Numbered from the stretch's first letter, positions 1-11,082 are shown. The stretch: DNA of 64,000 bases from a virus (IMGVR_UViG_3300027762_000009:474-64473), one strand, 5' to 3'. The notes: generated by a model not told the origin, from the sequence alone. Numbers and translations: made by a program.

Positions 1-3
1 CCA

Positions 4-285
4 TTGATTAATACTTATCTATCAGCTACTACATTTACATCAACTAATGATAATGCCGCTTTAGCCATTGACGATACAACAATGGAAGCTGGCGGATGTT
101 GGGTTAATTTAGACGAGCAAAATTCTACAGCTAGTAATAGTAGAGTAGCAAAAAGTAATCTTAATGCTCCAATGATTTTAGCTGCTAACGACACTAAATT
201 GTATGGGACATTACAAGCAGCCAATGCTTATACTCCAGTAAGTGGAGAAAAATTTACAATAATAATTTGGGTTGCCTTATTGTAG
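4..285 (+). CDS. Hypothetical protein, probably 5'-truncated by the window edge (virion-associated?)
   Basis: Open frame from the window start to TAG at 285; the next gene has RBS GGAGG. Confidence 0.55.
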   Translation: MINTYLSATTFTSTNDNAALAIDDTTMEAGGCWVNLDEQNSTASNSRVAKSNLNAPMILAANDTKLYGTLQAANAYTPVSGEKFTIIIWVALL

Positions 286-300
286 AAGGAGGACACAAAA

Positions 301-2346
301 ATGTATTTCTTTTTTAATAGCGTACGTGAGCGAAAATTAATTTTAGATGATGTATCTGTATCTTCTAGTGTAGCATATAGTTTGCGTAAACTAAAAAATA
401 ACTATGCGGGCAGTGCCATTAAGGTGAGAAGGTCAAGCGACAATGCCGAACTAGACATAGGTTTTGTAAATGGAGAATTAGACACACAAGCTATAACTAA
501 TTTTTTAGAAAGTAATGTAATTACAAGTCCATTAGGTGTAGACGTAAATACAAATGGTGTGTCTGATAATTGGGGGAGTTATGCGGGAGCAACCACCACA
601 ACTTTTCAAGTTGCAAATAGTGAACAGATAATTTCTATTGAAAATGCAAGTAATAAAAATGGTTCGGTAGTTGAAACACCTTATATTAGTATGACAGCAG
701 GTGTTGGTTTAAAACTTAGTATTACATTTAGAAAAACAGGAGATGTAAAAGGTGGTATTTATGTTAACTGTTTTAATTCCTCGAATGGATATTTAAGTAC
801 GATTGCTTATACCGAGTCTACATCGGAAACAGATACAATATTAATTGAAACAGGTACTACACCAGTAGATACAGCAAAAATACAAGTTGGAATGGGAATA
901 AATGCACTTCAAATAGGAAATAGTGGTAGCGTTTATTTTTCAAATGTAGTATTATCACAAACTAATGTTAGTGCTTATGTAAGAACTTGGTACGATCAAA
1001 GTGGCAATGACAAAAATGCTATTCAAACAGAAGTAGAATTTCAACCGAGAATAGTTAATGAAGGAACTATTGAAACGGGATTAAACTTTTTACAAGCTTC
1101 AAATTGTGCTATGACAATTACTGGATTTACTAGTTTACCAAATAACGATGATTTTACAACATACATTAAAGCAAAAGCTGTAACGGGAGAAGGTCACATA
1201 CTATATTTTGGTGATAAATGGTTTAATAAGAATATGTTTTTGATTGGTTACGACCAAGATAATACTAGGTTTGTATTTGATTTTAATACTGAAGGTGGAA
1301 TGGTAAAAAGCAAACCATCAGGTGATATTATTATTAAAAGTGGATTGAACAAAAATCTTGCTAACAATAAATATATAGAAGTTAATAATAATATTAACGA
1401 AACAACAACAGAAGAAACTATGGACAATATAACCTCTAGTTATATAGGTAGGGCAAGTTGGGGCAATGATGAAAACTTTGGTGGCATATTAACTGATATT
1501 ATTATATTTAATAGTTCTTTATCTGAAAGGGATGATGAATTAGTAAAAAATAATTTAGAATTAGTTGAAAATCCACCACTACTACTAGATATTGTAAGTG
1601 ATTCTGTTTTAGCTTATGGATTGAAAAAATTTAGAACTGCCTATACCGGTAACTGTATACAAGTAAGAAGGTCGAGTGACAATAGCTTACTAGATATAGG
1701 CTTTGACTCCAACGGCAATTTAGATACAACAGCGTTAAGTTCTTTTGTAGGTGAAGGGTCTGGATTTGTAAGAACTATATACGACCAAAGTGGTAATGGT
1801 ACGAACGCAGTACAAACGGCAGCTAACAACCAAGCCTTAATAGTAGATGCAGGAACTTACCTTGAAACAATGTATTTTTGGCCTTCTGCAAATCCAAGTT
1901 TTTATACAATTGGGGAAATAGCAAAAATAATAAAAGAAACCGATTATACAATATATAACACATACCCTGCAATTTACGATACAAGTGCTAGAGGTATGAA
2001 TGTATATCTAAATAATGCTACACAAGTTTGTATATTGAGGACATCGGGTACTAATTTTGAATTTAGAACACAAGACACTACATCAAGAACCTTTAGCTAT
2101 GAAACATTAACAAAAGTAAAAGCAGGGCTAAATAGTGGACAAAGAGTATTAGAATTAAACGGAAGTTCAGTAACAGCAGGTTCTTCTGTTCCTCAAATGT
2201 CACAGTTAACAGAAGGATATGTAGGCAGACCTTCTTATGGGGCTTTATCTGAAAATGGGAAGTTTAAACTAGATAATTTAATTATCTTTAATAAATATTT
2301 ATCAAGTGGTGACGACACAATAGTTAAAAACAAACTAGGTTGGTAG
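301..2346 (+). CDS. Lectin/ConA-like protein with two internal repeats (AbfB-catalytic-like; possible tail-fibre or accessory virion protein)
   Basis: Duplicated motifs AYSLRKL..YAGSAIKVRRSSDNAELDIGF / AYGLKKF..YTGNCIQVRRSSDNSLLDIGF and WYDQSGN / IYDQSGN; a CBM-like insert in the first copy. Confidence 0.6.
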   Translation: MYFFFNSVRERKLILDDVSVSSSVAYSLRKLKNNYAGSAIKVRRSSDNAELDIGFVNGELDTQAITNFLESNVITSPLGVDVNTNGVSDNWGSYAGATTTTFQVANSEQIISIENASNKNGSVVETPYISMTAGVGLKLSITFRKTGDVKGGIYVNCFNSSNGYLSTIAYTESTSETDTILIETGTTPVDTAKIQVGMGINALQIGNSGSVYFSNVVLSQTNVSAYVRTWYDQSGNDKNAIQTEVEFQPRIVNEGTIETGLNFLQASNCAMTITGFTSLPNNDDFTTYIKAKAVTGEGHILYFGDKWFNKNMFLIGYDQDNTRFVFDFNTEGGMVKSKPSGDIIIKSGLNKNLANNKYIEVNNNINETTTEETMDNITSSYIGRASWGNDENFGGILTDIIIFNSSLSERDDELVKNNLELVENPPLLLDIVSDSVLAYGLKKFRTAYTGNCIQVRRSSDNSLLDIGFDSNGNLDTTALSSFVGEGSGFVRTIYDQSGNGTNAVQTAANNQALIVDAGTYLETMYFWPSANPSFYTIGEIAKIIKETDYTIYNTYPAIYDTSARGMNVYLNNATQVCILRTSGTNFEFRTQDTTSRTFSYETLTKVKAGLNSGQRVLELNGSSVTAGSSVPQMSQLTEGYVGRPSYGALSENGKFKLDNLIIFNKYLSSGDDTIVKNKLGW

Positions 2347-2459
2347 AAATCAAAGTAAGGTGGTAAGCTATGTTGTTTAAAATTTTTGCTTACTTTGTAT
2401 TCATAGTAGGCATGTTGTACGAAAAGTTTTTCCAAAAAAATTAAAGAGGAGTGGTACAA

Positions 2460-3266
2460 ATGAAAACATTGAAATTTGTAATTGCAACAATGTTATGCAT
2501 TACACTTTGTTTCTCAGTTTTTACACTCGCAACTGCACAAGAGGTTAGAAGAACAGGGTTAGATATTACCAAAGCCCCATCTGTTAGGGTATCATCACAA
2601 GATATAAGTTTAAGTGATGATGGGCGAGCATTGCCGCGCAGACATGATTGGAGAGAACTAGATGGTGTGACTCCTGTTAGAGACCAAGGTGATGCGGGTA
2701 CTTGTTGGGCATTTGCTACCACGGGACCTTTGGAACATGCAATTAAAATTAAAGATAGGGTAGATGTTGATTTATCAGAACAGTTTCTTGTAGCTTACAA
2801 TGAAGAGGGATATGGCGTAGATGGTGGTTGGTTCGCACATGATTATCATAAAAAACCTGGGGCTGTTTTAGAATTTGATTTCCCTTATACGGCTAATGAA
2901 ATACCTGTATGGAATAATCCAGAATATAATCACCCATATAAGATTAAAAAATGGAGTTACAACTCCTTTTATACTATGTCTGTAGCTACTTCGCGTAGTA
3001 TGAAGAAAGCAATTTACAAACATGGTTCTGTTGCCGCTGCTGTATATGCTGATAATACATTCATAAGATACAAGGGCGGAATATATAAAGGAGTTAAAAA
3101 CAGTGAGCAAATTAATCATGCCGTAATGTTAGTTGGTTGGGATGATTTACAAGGTGTGTGGATCCTTAAAAACTCATGGAGTACTGATTGGGGCGAAAAG
3201 GGTTATATGAGAATTAAATATGGTGCTAATAAGATTGGGTTCGCCGCGAACTACGTTGTGTACTAA
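2460..3266 (+). CDS. Secreted papain-family (C1A) cysteine protease
   Basis: N-terminal signal peptide; DWR..VTPVRDQG, Q..GTCWAF (catalytic Cys), NHAVMLVGW (His), WILKNSW..WGEKGY (Asn). Confidence 0.92.
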   Translation: MKTLKFVIATMLCITLCFSVFTLATAQEVRRTGLDITKAPSVRVSSQDISLSDDGRALPRRHDWRELDGVTPVRDQGDAGTCWAFATTGPLEHAIKIKDRVDVDLSEQFLVAYNEEGYGVDGGWFAHDYHKKPGAVLEFDFPYTANEIPVWNNPEYNHPYKIKKWSYNSFYTMSVATSRSMKKAIYKHGSVAAAVYADNTFIRYKGGIYKGVKNSEQINHAVMLVGWDDLQGVWILKNSWSTDWGEKGYMRIKYGANKIGFAANYVVY

Positions 3267-3313
3267 TTGTTTAGCCGATAAAAAAAAAATCAAATTAAGG
3301 GAGGTAATTTAAT

Positions 3314-3505
3314 ATGCAAAAAACCTTAACTATGAAAAAATGGTACAGCTCTAAAACACTTTGGGCAAATGGTCTTGCTTTCGCTGCTATTGTTTTTCAG
3401 TTAATTTTAGACCAGGAAGTTATAGGTGCTGAGGCACAAGTAGCAATACTTAGTTTACTTAATGTTATACTACGTATAATAACAAAAGAATCTATTGAGT
3501 GGTAA
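3314..3505 (+). CDS. Small two-TM membrane protein, holin-like
   Basis: KKWYSSKTLWAN followed by two hydrophobic segments; RBS GGGAGG. Confidence 0.6.
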   Translation: MQKTLTMKKWYSSKTLWANGLAFAAIVFQLILDQEVIGAEAQVAILSLLNVILRIITKESIEW

Positions 3506-3521
3506 TTAATCACTTAATTGT

Positions 3522-3551
3522 AAACCCTCTATTATAGAGGGTTTCTTTTTT
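3522..3551 (+). terminator. Rho-independent terminator
   Basis: AAACCCTCT-attat-AGAGGGTTT followed by a T-run. Confidence 0.85.
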
Positions 3552-3644
3552 ATGGTTTTTAGAGATAGGCGATAGATCGCCCGCCTGTTTGTTCCTTATA
3601 AAGTTAGTTCATTTGGATGACAAGATACAAAATAGGGTTTCTTG

Positions 3645-3674
3645 GAATAATTTGAGCGCATTTGGGAAATAATA
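3645..3674 (+). promoter_or_regulatory. Forespore sigmaF/sigmaG-type promoter of the SASP gene
   Basis: GAATA-N15-GGAAATAATA fits the sigF -10 (GGnnAnAnT); GAATA-N18-AATAATA fits sigG. Confidence 0.6.
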
Positions 3675-3721
3675 ATAATAGATGATAAATTCATCAATCT
3701 TATTATCAGGAGGATATAAAT

Positions 3722-4030
3722 ATGCCAAGACGTGGAGGAAGACATTACGTATTAGTTAAAGGAGCGGAACAAGCTTTAGATAAGTTTAAGATGGAAATTG
3801 CAGCAGACCTAGGATTAGATCATAAAGTAGATGCTGATGGAACATTTAAAAACTTCTCAACTATTGAAGTAGGTAAAATAGGTGGAGAAATGGTAAGAAG
3901 AATACAAGCAGCAGGTGAATATGCTATTATGGAAAGATATCGTAAGGGTGAATTAAGATTAATGCCTGAGGATGTATTACCCGATCCAAAGAACGTACGT
4001 GAAGTATCTAACAATGGTAATAAAGTATAA
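3722..4030 (+). CDS. Alpha/beta-type small acid-soluble spore protein (SASP) with C-terminal extension
   Basis: LVKGAEQALDKFKMEIAADLGL and VGKIGGEMVRRI match the two SASP signatures. Confidence 0.88.
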   Translation: MPRRGGRHYVLVKGAEQALDKFKMEIAADLGLDHKVDADGTFKNFSTIEVGKIGGEMVRRIQAAGEYAIMERYRKGELRLMPEDVLPDPKNVREVSNNGNKV

Positions 4031-4077
4031 AAAAAAAAAGACACTGGAAATTAATCCGGTGTCTTCTTTTTTTTTTA
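4029..4077. terminator. Bidirectional terminator between convergent SASP and nrdJ
   Basis: A-run, AGACACTGGA..TCCGGTGTCT stem, T-run. Confidence 0.85.
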
Positions 4078-4086
4078 CGCAAAACA

Positions 4087-7000
4087 CTAACATTTACTAA
4101 AACCACAATTATAACAAACAACACAACCCTCAGCTCTTATAATTGACTCTTTACACTCAGGACACACCGTTCCCATTTCAATAAACTCGTCGGATTCTTC
4201 CATAGGAATAATAGAATCTAATTCTACAGAGTCTCTCGATAATTGAGTTAAACACTCTAAACCATCAGTAGTTTCTTCTGTTATATCCTCACTAAGCAGA
4301 TTAACTACATCTTTTAATACACGCCCTATTACATCTGGACATGATTTACCCTTTAATGTTGAATCCTTCCCAGCCTGATGTCTAAAATTATCACAACGTA
4401 CAGAATTAAGCTGATCTATGATCTCCTCTGCAGGAACTCCATAGCGCAATGCAATAGAAATCAATCGTGCCATACCATCAGCATATCCGGCACACCCACC
4501 ACCTGATAATCTTAATAGAGTCTCATACGGACGATCACCTACAGTATTCACAGTAATCAACATCTTACCACAGCCTGTAGATACCTGTTTTGTAATCCCA
4601 GTTAATTCCTCAGGTCTTTTAAGTGGCTTAATTTCCTTTTGAGGCTCCATCAAAGCGGATTGGCGGTATTCACAATCACCACACACTGGTACGTCCGCAG
4701 ATTCAGACGTATCTGCTTTTTCTTTGTTATTTTCACCCTTAGAAAGAGGTTGACTATTTCTTGAACCATCTCTATATACTGTAATACCTTTACAACCTAA
4801 TTTATAGGCAAAGAGAAAAGATTCTTGTATTTCTTCAGGCGACACGCCATTATCAAAGTTGATGGTCTTTGATACTGCATTATCTGTATATTCTTGAAAA
4901 GCTGCTTGCATACGAATATGTTCAAACGGATGTATTTCATTAGATATCTTAAATACCTCAACTAATTCAGGCATAATAGCATTAGCTCTTTGTACAGAGC
5001 CTGTTTCTTTAACTAAATCTAATATATGCTGTTTCACATCGGTACCTAAATTAAAATTCTCTAATGCTTGTAAGAAACAGCTATCATACATAGTCATCGT
5101 ATCTCCATCGGCAAGAGTTTTAGTTGTTAATAAGCCAAACAACGGTTCAATACCGCTTGATACACCCGCAATAATGCTTAACGTACCAGTGGGTGCGATT
5201 GTTGTCGTAGTAGCATTCCGAATTGACACACCCTCAGATGCCCATACTGAGTATTCCCAATTAGGAAATACCCCTTTAGTTTGTGCTAATAGCATAGAAG
5301 TTTCTTTAGATACGTCGTCTATAAAATGCATTATTCTTTCCGCCAATAAAAGAGCTTCTGCGGAATCATAAGGGATGCCTAATTTGAATAACATATTAGC
5401 CCAACCCATTACACCTAAACCAATTTTTCTATTCTTTTTAACTTGTATTTCTATTTGGGGTAGTGGATATTTATTGATGTCAATTACGTTGTCTAGAAAA
5501 CGCACAGCTATTTGAGTAACCGTTTTCAAGCGACTCCAATTAATACTTAAATCTGCTTCTCCTTTTACGACATAATCTAAAACCATATTTGATAAATTAA
5601 TTGACCCTAAGTTACAAGCCTCATAAGGTAATAAAGGTTGTTCGCCGCAATTATGAATTAAAACATAATTAGCAAAGAAATTATGGCACTCTTCTACTTC
5701 CATATCATAAACATCTTCAGTATAGTCTAAGGGTACCACAGAAAGAAGACGCATATTAGCTCCTACAGGATGTACTCCCAATTTATTAGACCAATTTTTA
5801 TCTTCTTTTATATTGGGTAGCCATCTACCTGTAGAGGGATCATGTTGCATCCAATCAATATGACCCTTATTGCTTAAAACAGAATGATCTCCATGATTTA
5901 ACACTTCTAAATTACTAAAGGCATTGTTTTTTCTATTATTGTCTTTATGATGTACATCCTTACCAGCCATATCTCCATAATAATGCTGAGCAATAAAAAT
6001 ATGTTCAGCAGGTACACTAGACCCAGTTCCAGTTAAATACACTTTAGTATATCTTTGATTTTTGGGTGCTACATTTAAAGCTACTAATTTATCAGTAGGT
6101 AGTAAATATTGAGCTTCTATATAACCTCTATTACGTGTATAAAATTTATGATCCGGTGTACAAATAACATTACCTTTAGTTGTAGATACTTTTAGCAATT
6201 TAGCATTCATCTTAGTTAGACGAATATTTTTTGCTTTACGTATAGTCAATTGATATTTATCATTTACGCAATAAACATCAATCTCCTTTCCAACTAAATC
6301 TTTAATAGCAATCATACCCTCAACTGTTTTAATTAATGTATCACCAACTACGCAAGGATTAGTACTTTCTATATCTCCTAATGCAGGAAGTGTATTGTGT
6401 TTATTTATTTCATCTATGAAAATAACTCCAGGTTCTCCTGTGGTCCAGGCGCGTGTACTTATTTTATCCCATATTAATTTAGGATCTATTTTAGCATAGT
6501 CAATATTACCAAATTTTAAAGTAAAAGGGGTGTTATTTGAGAGGCATTGCATAAATTCTTCAGTTATAGCTACAGACATATTAAAATTAGTGAGTTGCTC
6601 TAAGTCTGCCTTAGCATCTATAAATTCCAATATATCAGGATGATCTATACGCATAACAGCCATATTAGCTCCACGACGGGCTCCTCCTTGTTTTACTTCT
6701 TCAGTTGCGGCGTTGAATACTCGCATAAAGCTTAATGGACCACTTGCCTCACCCACTGTACTTGTAACTGGATCTTCCTTAGGACGCAATCTACTAAAGT
6801 TAAATCCAGTTCCTCCCCCTGTTTTCTGAATAAGGGCCATATCTTTGATTGCTTGAAAGATACCTTCCATTGAATCCTCTACAGGTACAACAAAACATGC
6901 AGCCAATTGTCCTAGAGGTCTTCCTGCATTCATTAATGTAGGTGAATTGGGTAAAAAATCTAATGAAGCCATGATATTGTAGAATTGTTTGGTTAATTTG

Positions 7001-7194
7001 TCTACAGCTTTATCTATTTCTTCTCGATTATATTTAGCTTCCTGTAAATAAACTATCTCCGCTTTGGCAACACACTCAGCAACACGTAAAAACATTTCTT
7101 CCGGTGTCTCACCTCTTAAATATCTCTTCTTTAATACACGAAATGCATTTTCAGTTAACGCTTTTACTGGTTGAAATTGTATTTCTGAATACAT
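4087..7194 (-). CDS. nrdJ: Class II (B12-dependent) ribonucleotide reductase containing an intein
   Basis: [79 protein letters not shown]-terminal Zn-ribbon. Confidence 0.95.
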   Translation of the reverse strand: MYSEIQFQPVKALTENAFRVLKKRYLRGETPEEMFLRVAECVAKAEIVYLQEAKYNREEIDKAVDKLTKQFYNIMASLDFLPNSPTLMNAGRPLGQLAACFVVPVEDSMEGIFQAIKDMALIQKTGGGTGFNFSRLRPKEDPVTSTVGEASGPLSFMRVFNAATEEVKQGGARRGANMAVMRIDHPDILEFIDAKADLEQLTNFNMSVAITEEFMQCLSNNTPFTLKFGNIDYAKIDPKLIWDKISTRAWTTGEPGVIFIDEINKHNTLPALGDIESTNPCVVGDTLIKTVEGMIAIKDLVGKEIDVYCVNDKYQLTIRKAKNIRLTKMNAKLLKVSTTKGNVICTPDHKFYTRNRGYIEAQYLLPTDKLVALNVAPKNQRYTKVYLTGTGSSVPAEHIFIAQHYYGDMAGKDVHHKDNNRKNNAFSNLEVLNHGDHSVLSNKGHIDWMQHDPSTGRWLPNIKEDKNWSNKLGVHPVGANMRLLSVVPLDYTEDVYDMEVEECHNFFANYVLIHNCGEQPLLPYEACNLGSINLSNMVLDYVVKGEADLSINWSRLKTVTQIAVRFLDNVIDINKYPLPQIEIQVKKNRKIGLGVMGWANMLFKLGIPYDSAEALLLAERIMHFIDDVSKETSMLLAQTKGVFPNWEYSVWASEGVSIRNATTTTIAPTGTLSIIAGVSSGIEPLFGLLTTKTLADGDTMTMYDSCFLQALENFNLGTDVKQHILDLVKETGSVQRANAIMPELVEVFKISNEIHPFEHIRMQAAFQEYTDNAVSKTINFDNGVSPEEIQESFLFAYKLGCKGITVYRDGSRNSQPLSKGENNKEKADTSESADVPVCGDCEYRQSALMEPQKEIKPLKRPEELTGITKQVSTGCGKMLITVNTVGDRPYETLLRLSGGGCAGYADGMARLISIALRYGVPAEEIIDQLNSVRCDNFRHQAGKDSTLKGKSCPDVIGRVLKDVVNLLSEDITEETTDGLECLTQLSRDSVELDSIIPMEESDEFIEMGTVCPECKESIIRAEGCVVCYNCGFSKC
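5650..6354 (-). mobile_element. Intein (235 aa) with HNH homing endonuclease, inserted at the RNR active-site NPC/GE motif
   Basis: Begins CVVGDTLI after STNP; block B CTPDHKF; [22 protein letters not shown]; ends VYDMEV..HNFFAN..IHN before C+1 of CGEQ. Confidence 0.93.
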
Positions 7195-7206
7195 TTTAAC
7201 TCCTCC

Positions 7207-7770
7207 TTAGTTATTTATATTTTCACGATATTTCAATAAAATCTGCTGGTATTTCTCTGTTTTGAAATATCCGCAGGAATTAAACTCAAAACACCATCCA
7301 CGATAGACACATTCCGGGACACATACACTAACTAATTCAGGTTCAAAATCCTTGATAGAAGATAAAAAAGCAGTCCAAGTGACAACTGTCTCAGGTGCTG
7401 CGCAGCCAGTGCACAATCTTCTACGCGAAATGTTAATAATTGCCTGTGCATTTACTTCGATTTCATGTTCGACAAAATTACTTTGAGGTAAATCATCACG
7501 AGCAATTCCAGTACGATCAGATCTTTGTGTACGAACAAAATGCAGGATACCTACCCAATGTCTTACTAAATGGACAGAAATCCATGATTTAAGTTCATAC
7601 CATTTAGCTTTGAAGATAAGTTGACGTATAGGTGAATGTTCACACAGCAATACCTGTTTTTTCCATCTAGGAGAGGGCTCTCGCTTGCCCTCAGCCTTGT
7701 TTACGGTAGTTCTCGCGGAATTAAGAACCTCTTTCCACGTTCCTTTACTTCCCAAGAATCTTATAAACAT
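7207..7770 (-). CDS. thyX: Flavin-dependent thymidylate synthase (ThyX-like)
   Basis: EHSPIR, ISVHLVRH, TQRSDR, INISRRRLC, PECVYRG motifs of phage ThyX. Confidence 0.8.
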   Translation of the reverse strand: MFIRFLGSKGTWKEVLNSARTTVNKAEGKREPSPRWKKQVLLCEHSPIRQLIFKAKWYELKSWISVHLVRHWVGILHFVRTQRSDRTGIARDDLPQSNFVEHEIEVNAQAIINISRRRLCTGCAAPETVVTWTAFLSSIKDFEPELVSVCVPECVYRGWCFEFNSCGYFKTEKYQQILLKYRENINN

Positions 7771-7779
7771 AGTAACCTC

Positions 7780-8100
7780 CTATTTGAATTCAAATTCAAG
7801 AGCCAGTTCGGTTTTAACCCATTTCTTCATATCGTTAATAGTTACTAAACCTTCTTTCGCGCAAATCAAATCATTTTGTACACGTTTAACTACATCATTT
7901 ATCTTCGTCTTGTCTAGTTGTGCCACGTCATGCAGTGATATGCAGAAGAGATAAGACATCCTTTCAATCACTTCTTTTTTAAGTATTTCCTTTTGTGCTT
8001 CTATTGCTGCTCTTAATAGATGTTCAAACTGTGGTTCAGTTATAGTTACCTTCTTTGATACAACACCATTCTTTCTTCTATCAGCCCTATTCATCGACAT
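7780..8100 (-). CDS. Hypothetical protein
   Basis: RBS GGAGGG before ATG 8100; MNRADRR N-terminus common in phage proteins. Confidence 0.65.
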   Translation of the reverse strand: MSMNRADRRKNGVVSKKVTITEPQFEHLLRAAIEAQKEILKKEVIERMSYLFCISLHDVAQLDKTKINDVVKRVQNDLICAKEGLVTINDMKKWVKTELALEFEFK

Positions 8101-8417
8101 GCATAACCCTCCCTGTACGTATATAGTTCGAAGACATAAAATCACACATCCTATTTTCTTTTGCCCAAAATTCGAAAGTATTCTCTTTATGTTCAATCCG
8201 AAGATATAACATATAAAGATAGACTAAAATTGGTATTCTTTTCTTTTCACCATTTTCGTAATACTTAAAATGTAAATTAGAATGCTTTGTTACGCAATAA
8301 TGACACCAATTTTTCTTTAGGGGAAATAACTTAATAAAACGAATTAAATTTACTCTCTGTAAATACTTCGGTGGTTCAACACTAGTCATATCATCCATAT
8401 CAACTATATTAATCTCC

Positions 8418-10889
8418 TTATAAGTTAGCTTGATACCATTCGTAGAATTCTACAGTAGTATCATTTTCTTCTTTATATACTGTTCCTGTATCATAATTAA
8501 ATGTAATTAATTCACCCCAACTTAAACCTATTTCAAAGTCAGTTTTAAAAGGCACTGGACAATCAAATCTTTCAACTGGCTCAGTTACCATTATATTGTT
8601 TGCATAACTACCTACAGCCATAATAGTTTCTACTTTTGCAGGTATTTCCAATAATAATGAATCATGCACAAGATTCAAGATACGTGTATCGTACTCATCT
8701 AATAAATGTTTTTCCATCTTCATAGCACTTACCAATAGCAAATCGGATGAGGAAGATTGTATAGGAAAGTTTCTTGCTTCATTTTGAAGAGCATGTAAAG
8801 ATTCAGGCGTTACTAATCCAAATCTACGTCTCCTACCAAATGGAGTTTCAAGAAAGTTTCCAGCAACCACTTGATCAGCGCACCATTTCAGGTAGTCTCG
8901 CGCACCAGGGTATTTGTTAAGCCATCCGCTTATCATTTCGGAAGCTTCTTCTTTGCCAATTTGGTACTCATCTACGAATGATTGTGCCTCTCGCCCATAA
9001 GGTATACCAAAATTAACCGCTTTAGCCCGCATCTTTTGTTGTTTAGTGTAATTTTCACCAAATAAGGCTTTAGCAGTCTCATCATGTAAGTTTCTTCCTT
9101 TAATAAAAACATCCATAAGTACCGGACACTTACTGAGAAATGCAAGCCATCTAAGTTCTGCGCCCGAATAATCGATTTCAGCCAATACATATCCGGGTCT
9201 TGCTACAAATGCTTTTCGGATATTTCCAATTCCATTTGCACTAGGTTGATTTTGAACATTTGGCTCTTTTGAACTAAGTCTTCCCGTGGCTGTAACATGT
9301 AGATTGAATGTTGTTCTAACTCTACCGTCTTCATCTTGGGCATCCAATAAACCAACAACATAGGTCGACTTTTCTTTCTGTACTGTCCTGTACTCTAGTA
9401 CCTTACTTATTAGTTGTGGTTTAGGTGCAATCGAATTAAGAATTGTTTTATCTGTACTACGCCCCTTTTTAATTCGGGGTTTTAATTTCATTCTATCGAA
9501 CACTAGCCAAGCCATCTGTTGGGGCGAACCCGGATTAAATATCTTAGGAGCTGACTTAGCACCCGATTCAGCCACATATATCTCTGTATCCCAAATTGGT
9601 GCCGCAAGTTCTTGTATTTCATCCATTATCTGTGCTAAAAGAATCTCATACTTAACATTCAGCTCTTCTAAATATTCAGGATTAATTAAGATACCATTCT
9701 GTTCTACTCTCGATAAGAAGTTCGCAGCAGGAATTAAAAGTTCCTCATATAGGCTCCTCAATCGCGGATCCTTATCAAGTTCCTCTCCAATAGCACCCAC
9801 CAACTGGTACGTGTAGTCGCAGTCAACTGCAACACGCTCACATAAGGCTTCAAAGAAAGCTCTATATGAATCTAAGTTAACTGCTTTCCAATTTTGATTC
9901 ATTTTATACTTATATTCTTCCGCTTGTAAAAATACTTTGGAAAGATACCCTAAATTATGTTCAGATGTTTCATCTAACACATAGTGCATATACATAGTAT
10001 CGCCACCGATATCAACTGTGGCAAGTTTTCTACGCCATAATACTTTTTTATCATACTTCCCGTGTTGTAAGATACATTTCCAAGGAACCTCATCAGTGAA
10101 GTTATGAAATTGTTCTTTCATCTCACGAGGAACAACGTACACTTTGTTTTTTGCATAACACATACCACCAACTAAAAATTCTGCCTCACGATAATCTAAT
10201 GAAGTTGTCTCTACATCATATGCTACATAAGGTAATTGTCCCTGGTTATGCAAAGTCATTAAGTCTTGCAAAGCAACATGACACTTTTCTTTGGTGTCTA
10301 AAATAGTCCATTGAGTTTCTCCAGTATCATTATTCCCTTTACCCCCGTATAGACTAGACACGAATTGTAACATAGTTAGAAATGGTTTATAATCATTAGG
10401 TGCCCGTAGGATTAAGCCGGGATTCATTATAGGAATAACAAGGGCATCACCACAATAACTATATTCTCGAGCACGGCCGTATTCTGCTGTGACTTTAATG
10501 TTGTGTTCTCCTGTAAGGGTTTGCATTGCGACTTTTCCACAAACAAGTATAAATTTAGGTTTAATAGCTTGAATTTCTTTGAGTAATCTGTCTCTGCAAT
10601 TATTAATAGCATCCTTAGGAAAAGTATTATTACCCTTGCGTTTAGGTATAGCACATGCAACAGCTGTTGTAAATGCTATTGATTTAGCGTCGATCGGTAA
10701 TCCTACTTTCTGCATTGTTTGTTTTAATATGTTTGCTCCTGGACCAGTCATTATTTCACCCTTTTTAGCTTCAATGGCTGTAGGTGTTTCCCCAATGACT
10801 AATATAGGCCGATGACTTACATCAACCGGCCTACTTAGTTGTGGGTATAAACTGCAAGAACATCCTTTACAATTTATACATATATTCAT
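8418..10889 (-). CDS. polA: Family A DNA polymerase with N-terminal uracil-DNA-glycosylase-like domain (SPO1-type)
   Basis: N-terminal VIGETP..G.....G..G and INNCR (UDG fold); exonuclease DVETT; TGRLSS..PNVQN, DYSGAELR, RAKAVNFGIPYG, LVHDS. Confidence 0.95.
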   Translation of the reverse strand: MNICINCKGCSCSLYPQLSRPVDVSHRPILVIGETPTAIEAKKGEIMTGPGANILKQTMQKVGLPIDAKSIAFTTAVACAIPKRKGNNTFPKDAINNCRDRLLKEIQAIKPKFILVCGKVAMQTLTGEHNIKVTAEYGRAREYSYCGDALVIPIMNPGLILRAPNDYKPFLTMLQFVSSLYGGKGNNDTGETQWTILDTKEKCHVALQDLMTLHNQGQLPYVAYDVETTSLDYREAEFLVGGMCYAKNKVYVVPREMKEQFHNFTDEVPWKCILQHGKYDKKVLWRRKLATVDIGGDTMYMHYVLDETSEHNLGYLSKVFLQAEEYKYKMNQNWKAVNLDSYRAFFEALCERVAVDCDYTYQLVGAIGEELDKDPRLRSLYEELLIPAANFLSRVEQNGILINPEYLEELNVKYEILLAQIMDEIQELAAPIWDTEIYVAESGAKSAPKIFNPGSPQQMAWLVFDRMKLKPRIKKGRSTDKTILNSIAPKPQLISKVLEYRTVQKEKSTYVVGLLDAQDEDGRVRTTFNLHVTATGRLSSKEPNVQNQPSANGIGNIRKAFVARPGYVLAEIDYSGAELRWLAFLSKCPVLMDVFIKGRNLHDETAKALFGENYTKQQKMRAKAVNFGIPYGREAQSFVDEYQIGKEEASEMISGWLNKYPGARDYLKWCADQVVAGNFLETPFGRRRRFGLVTPESLHALQNEARNFPIQSSSSDLLLVSAMKMEKHLLDEYDTRILNLVHDSLLLEIPAKVETIMAVGSYANNIMVTEPVERFDCPVPFKTDFEIGLSWGELITFNYDTGTVYKEENDTTVEFYEWYQANL

Positions 10890-11081
10890 TTAACCCTCCT
10901 TATTTAATATTTCACGATTCCTTCTCATTACTTCATTTAACCTGTCTATTAATTTAATGCCCTTTACTTTTTGATTATAATAATATTCTTCAAATAAATT
11001 CTCTTGCTCTTCAGATACTTTCCTAGACTTATTTAGTATATTAATAACCCTTTCTAAGTCTTCTAATGTTATTTCTTTCAT
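10890..11081 (-). CDS. Hypothetical protein
   Basis: RBS GGAGG, tightly packed in the operon. Confidence 0.55.
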   Translation of the reverse strand: MKEITLEDLERVINILNKSRKVSEEQENLFEEYYYNQKVKGIKLIDRLNEVMRRNREILNKEG

Positions 11082-11082
11082 T

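Noticed and set aside
8087-8398. 103-aa ORF after polA
   Set aside because: Has an upstream RBS, but its 3' part overlaps the next gene and no motif is recognisable; left uncalled
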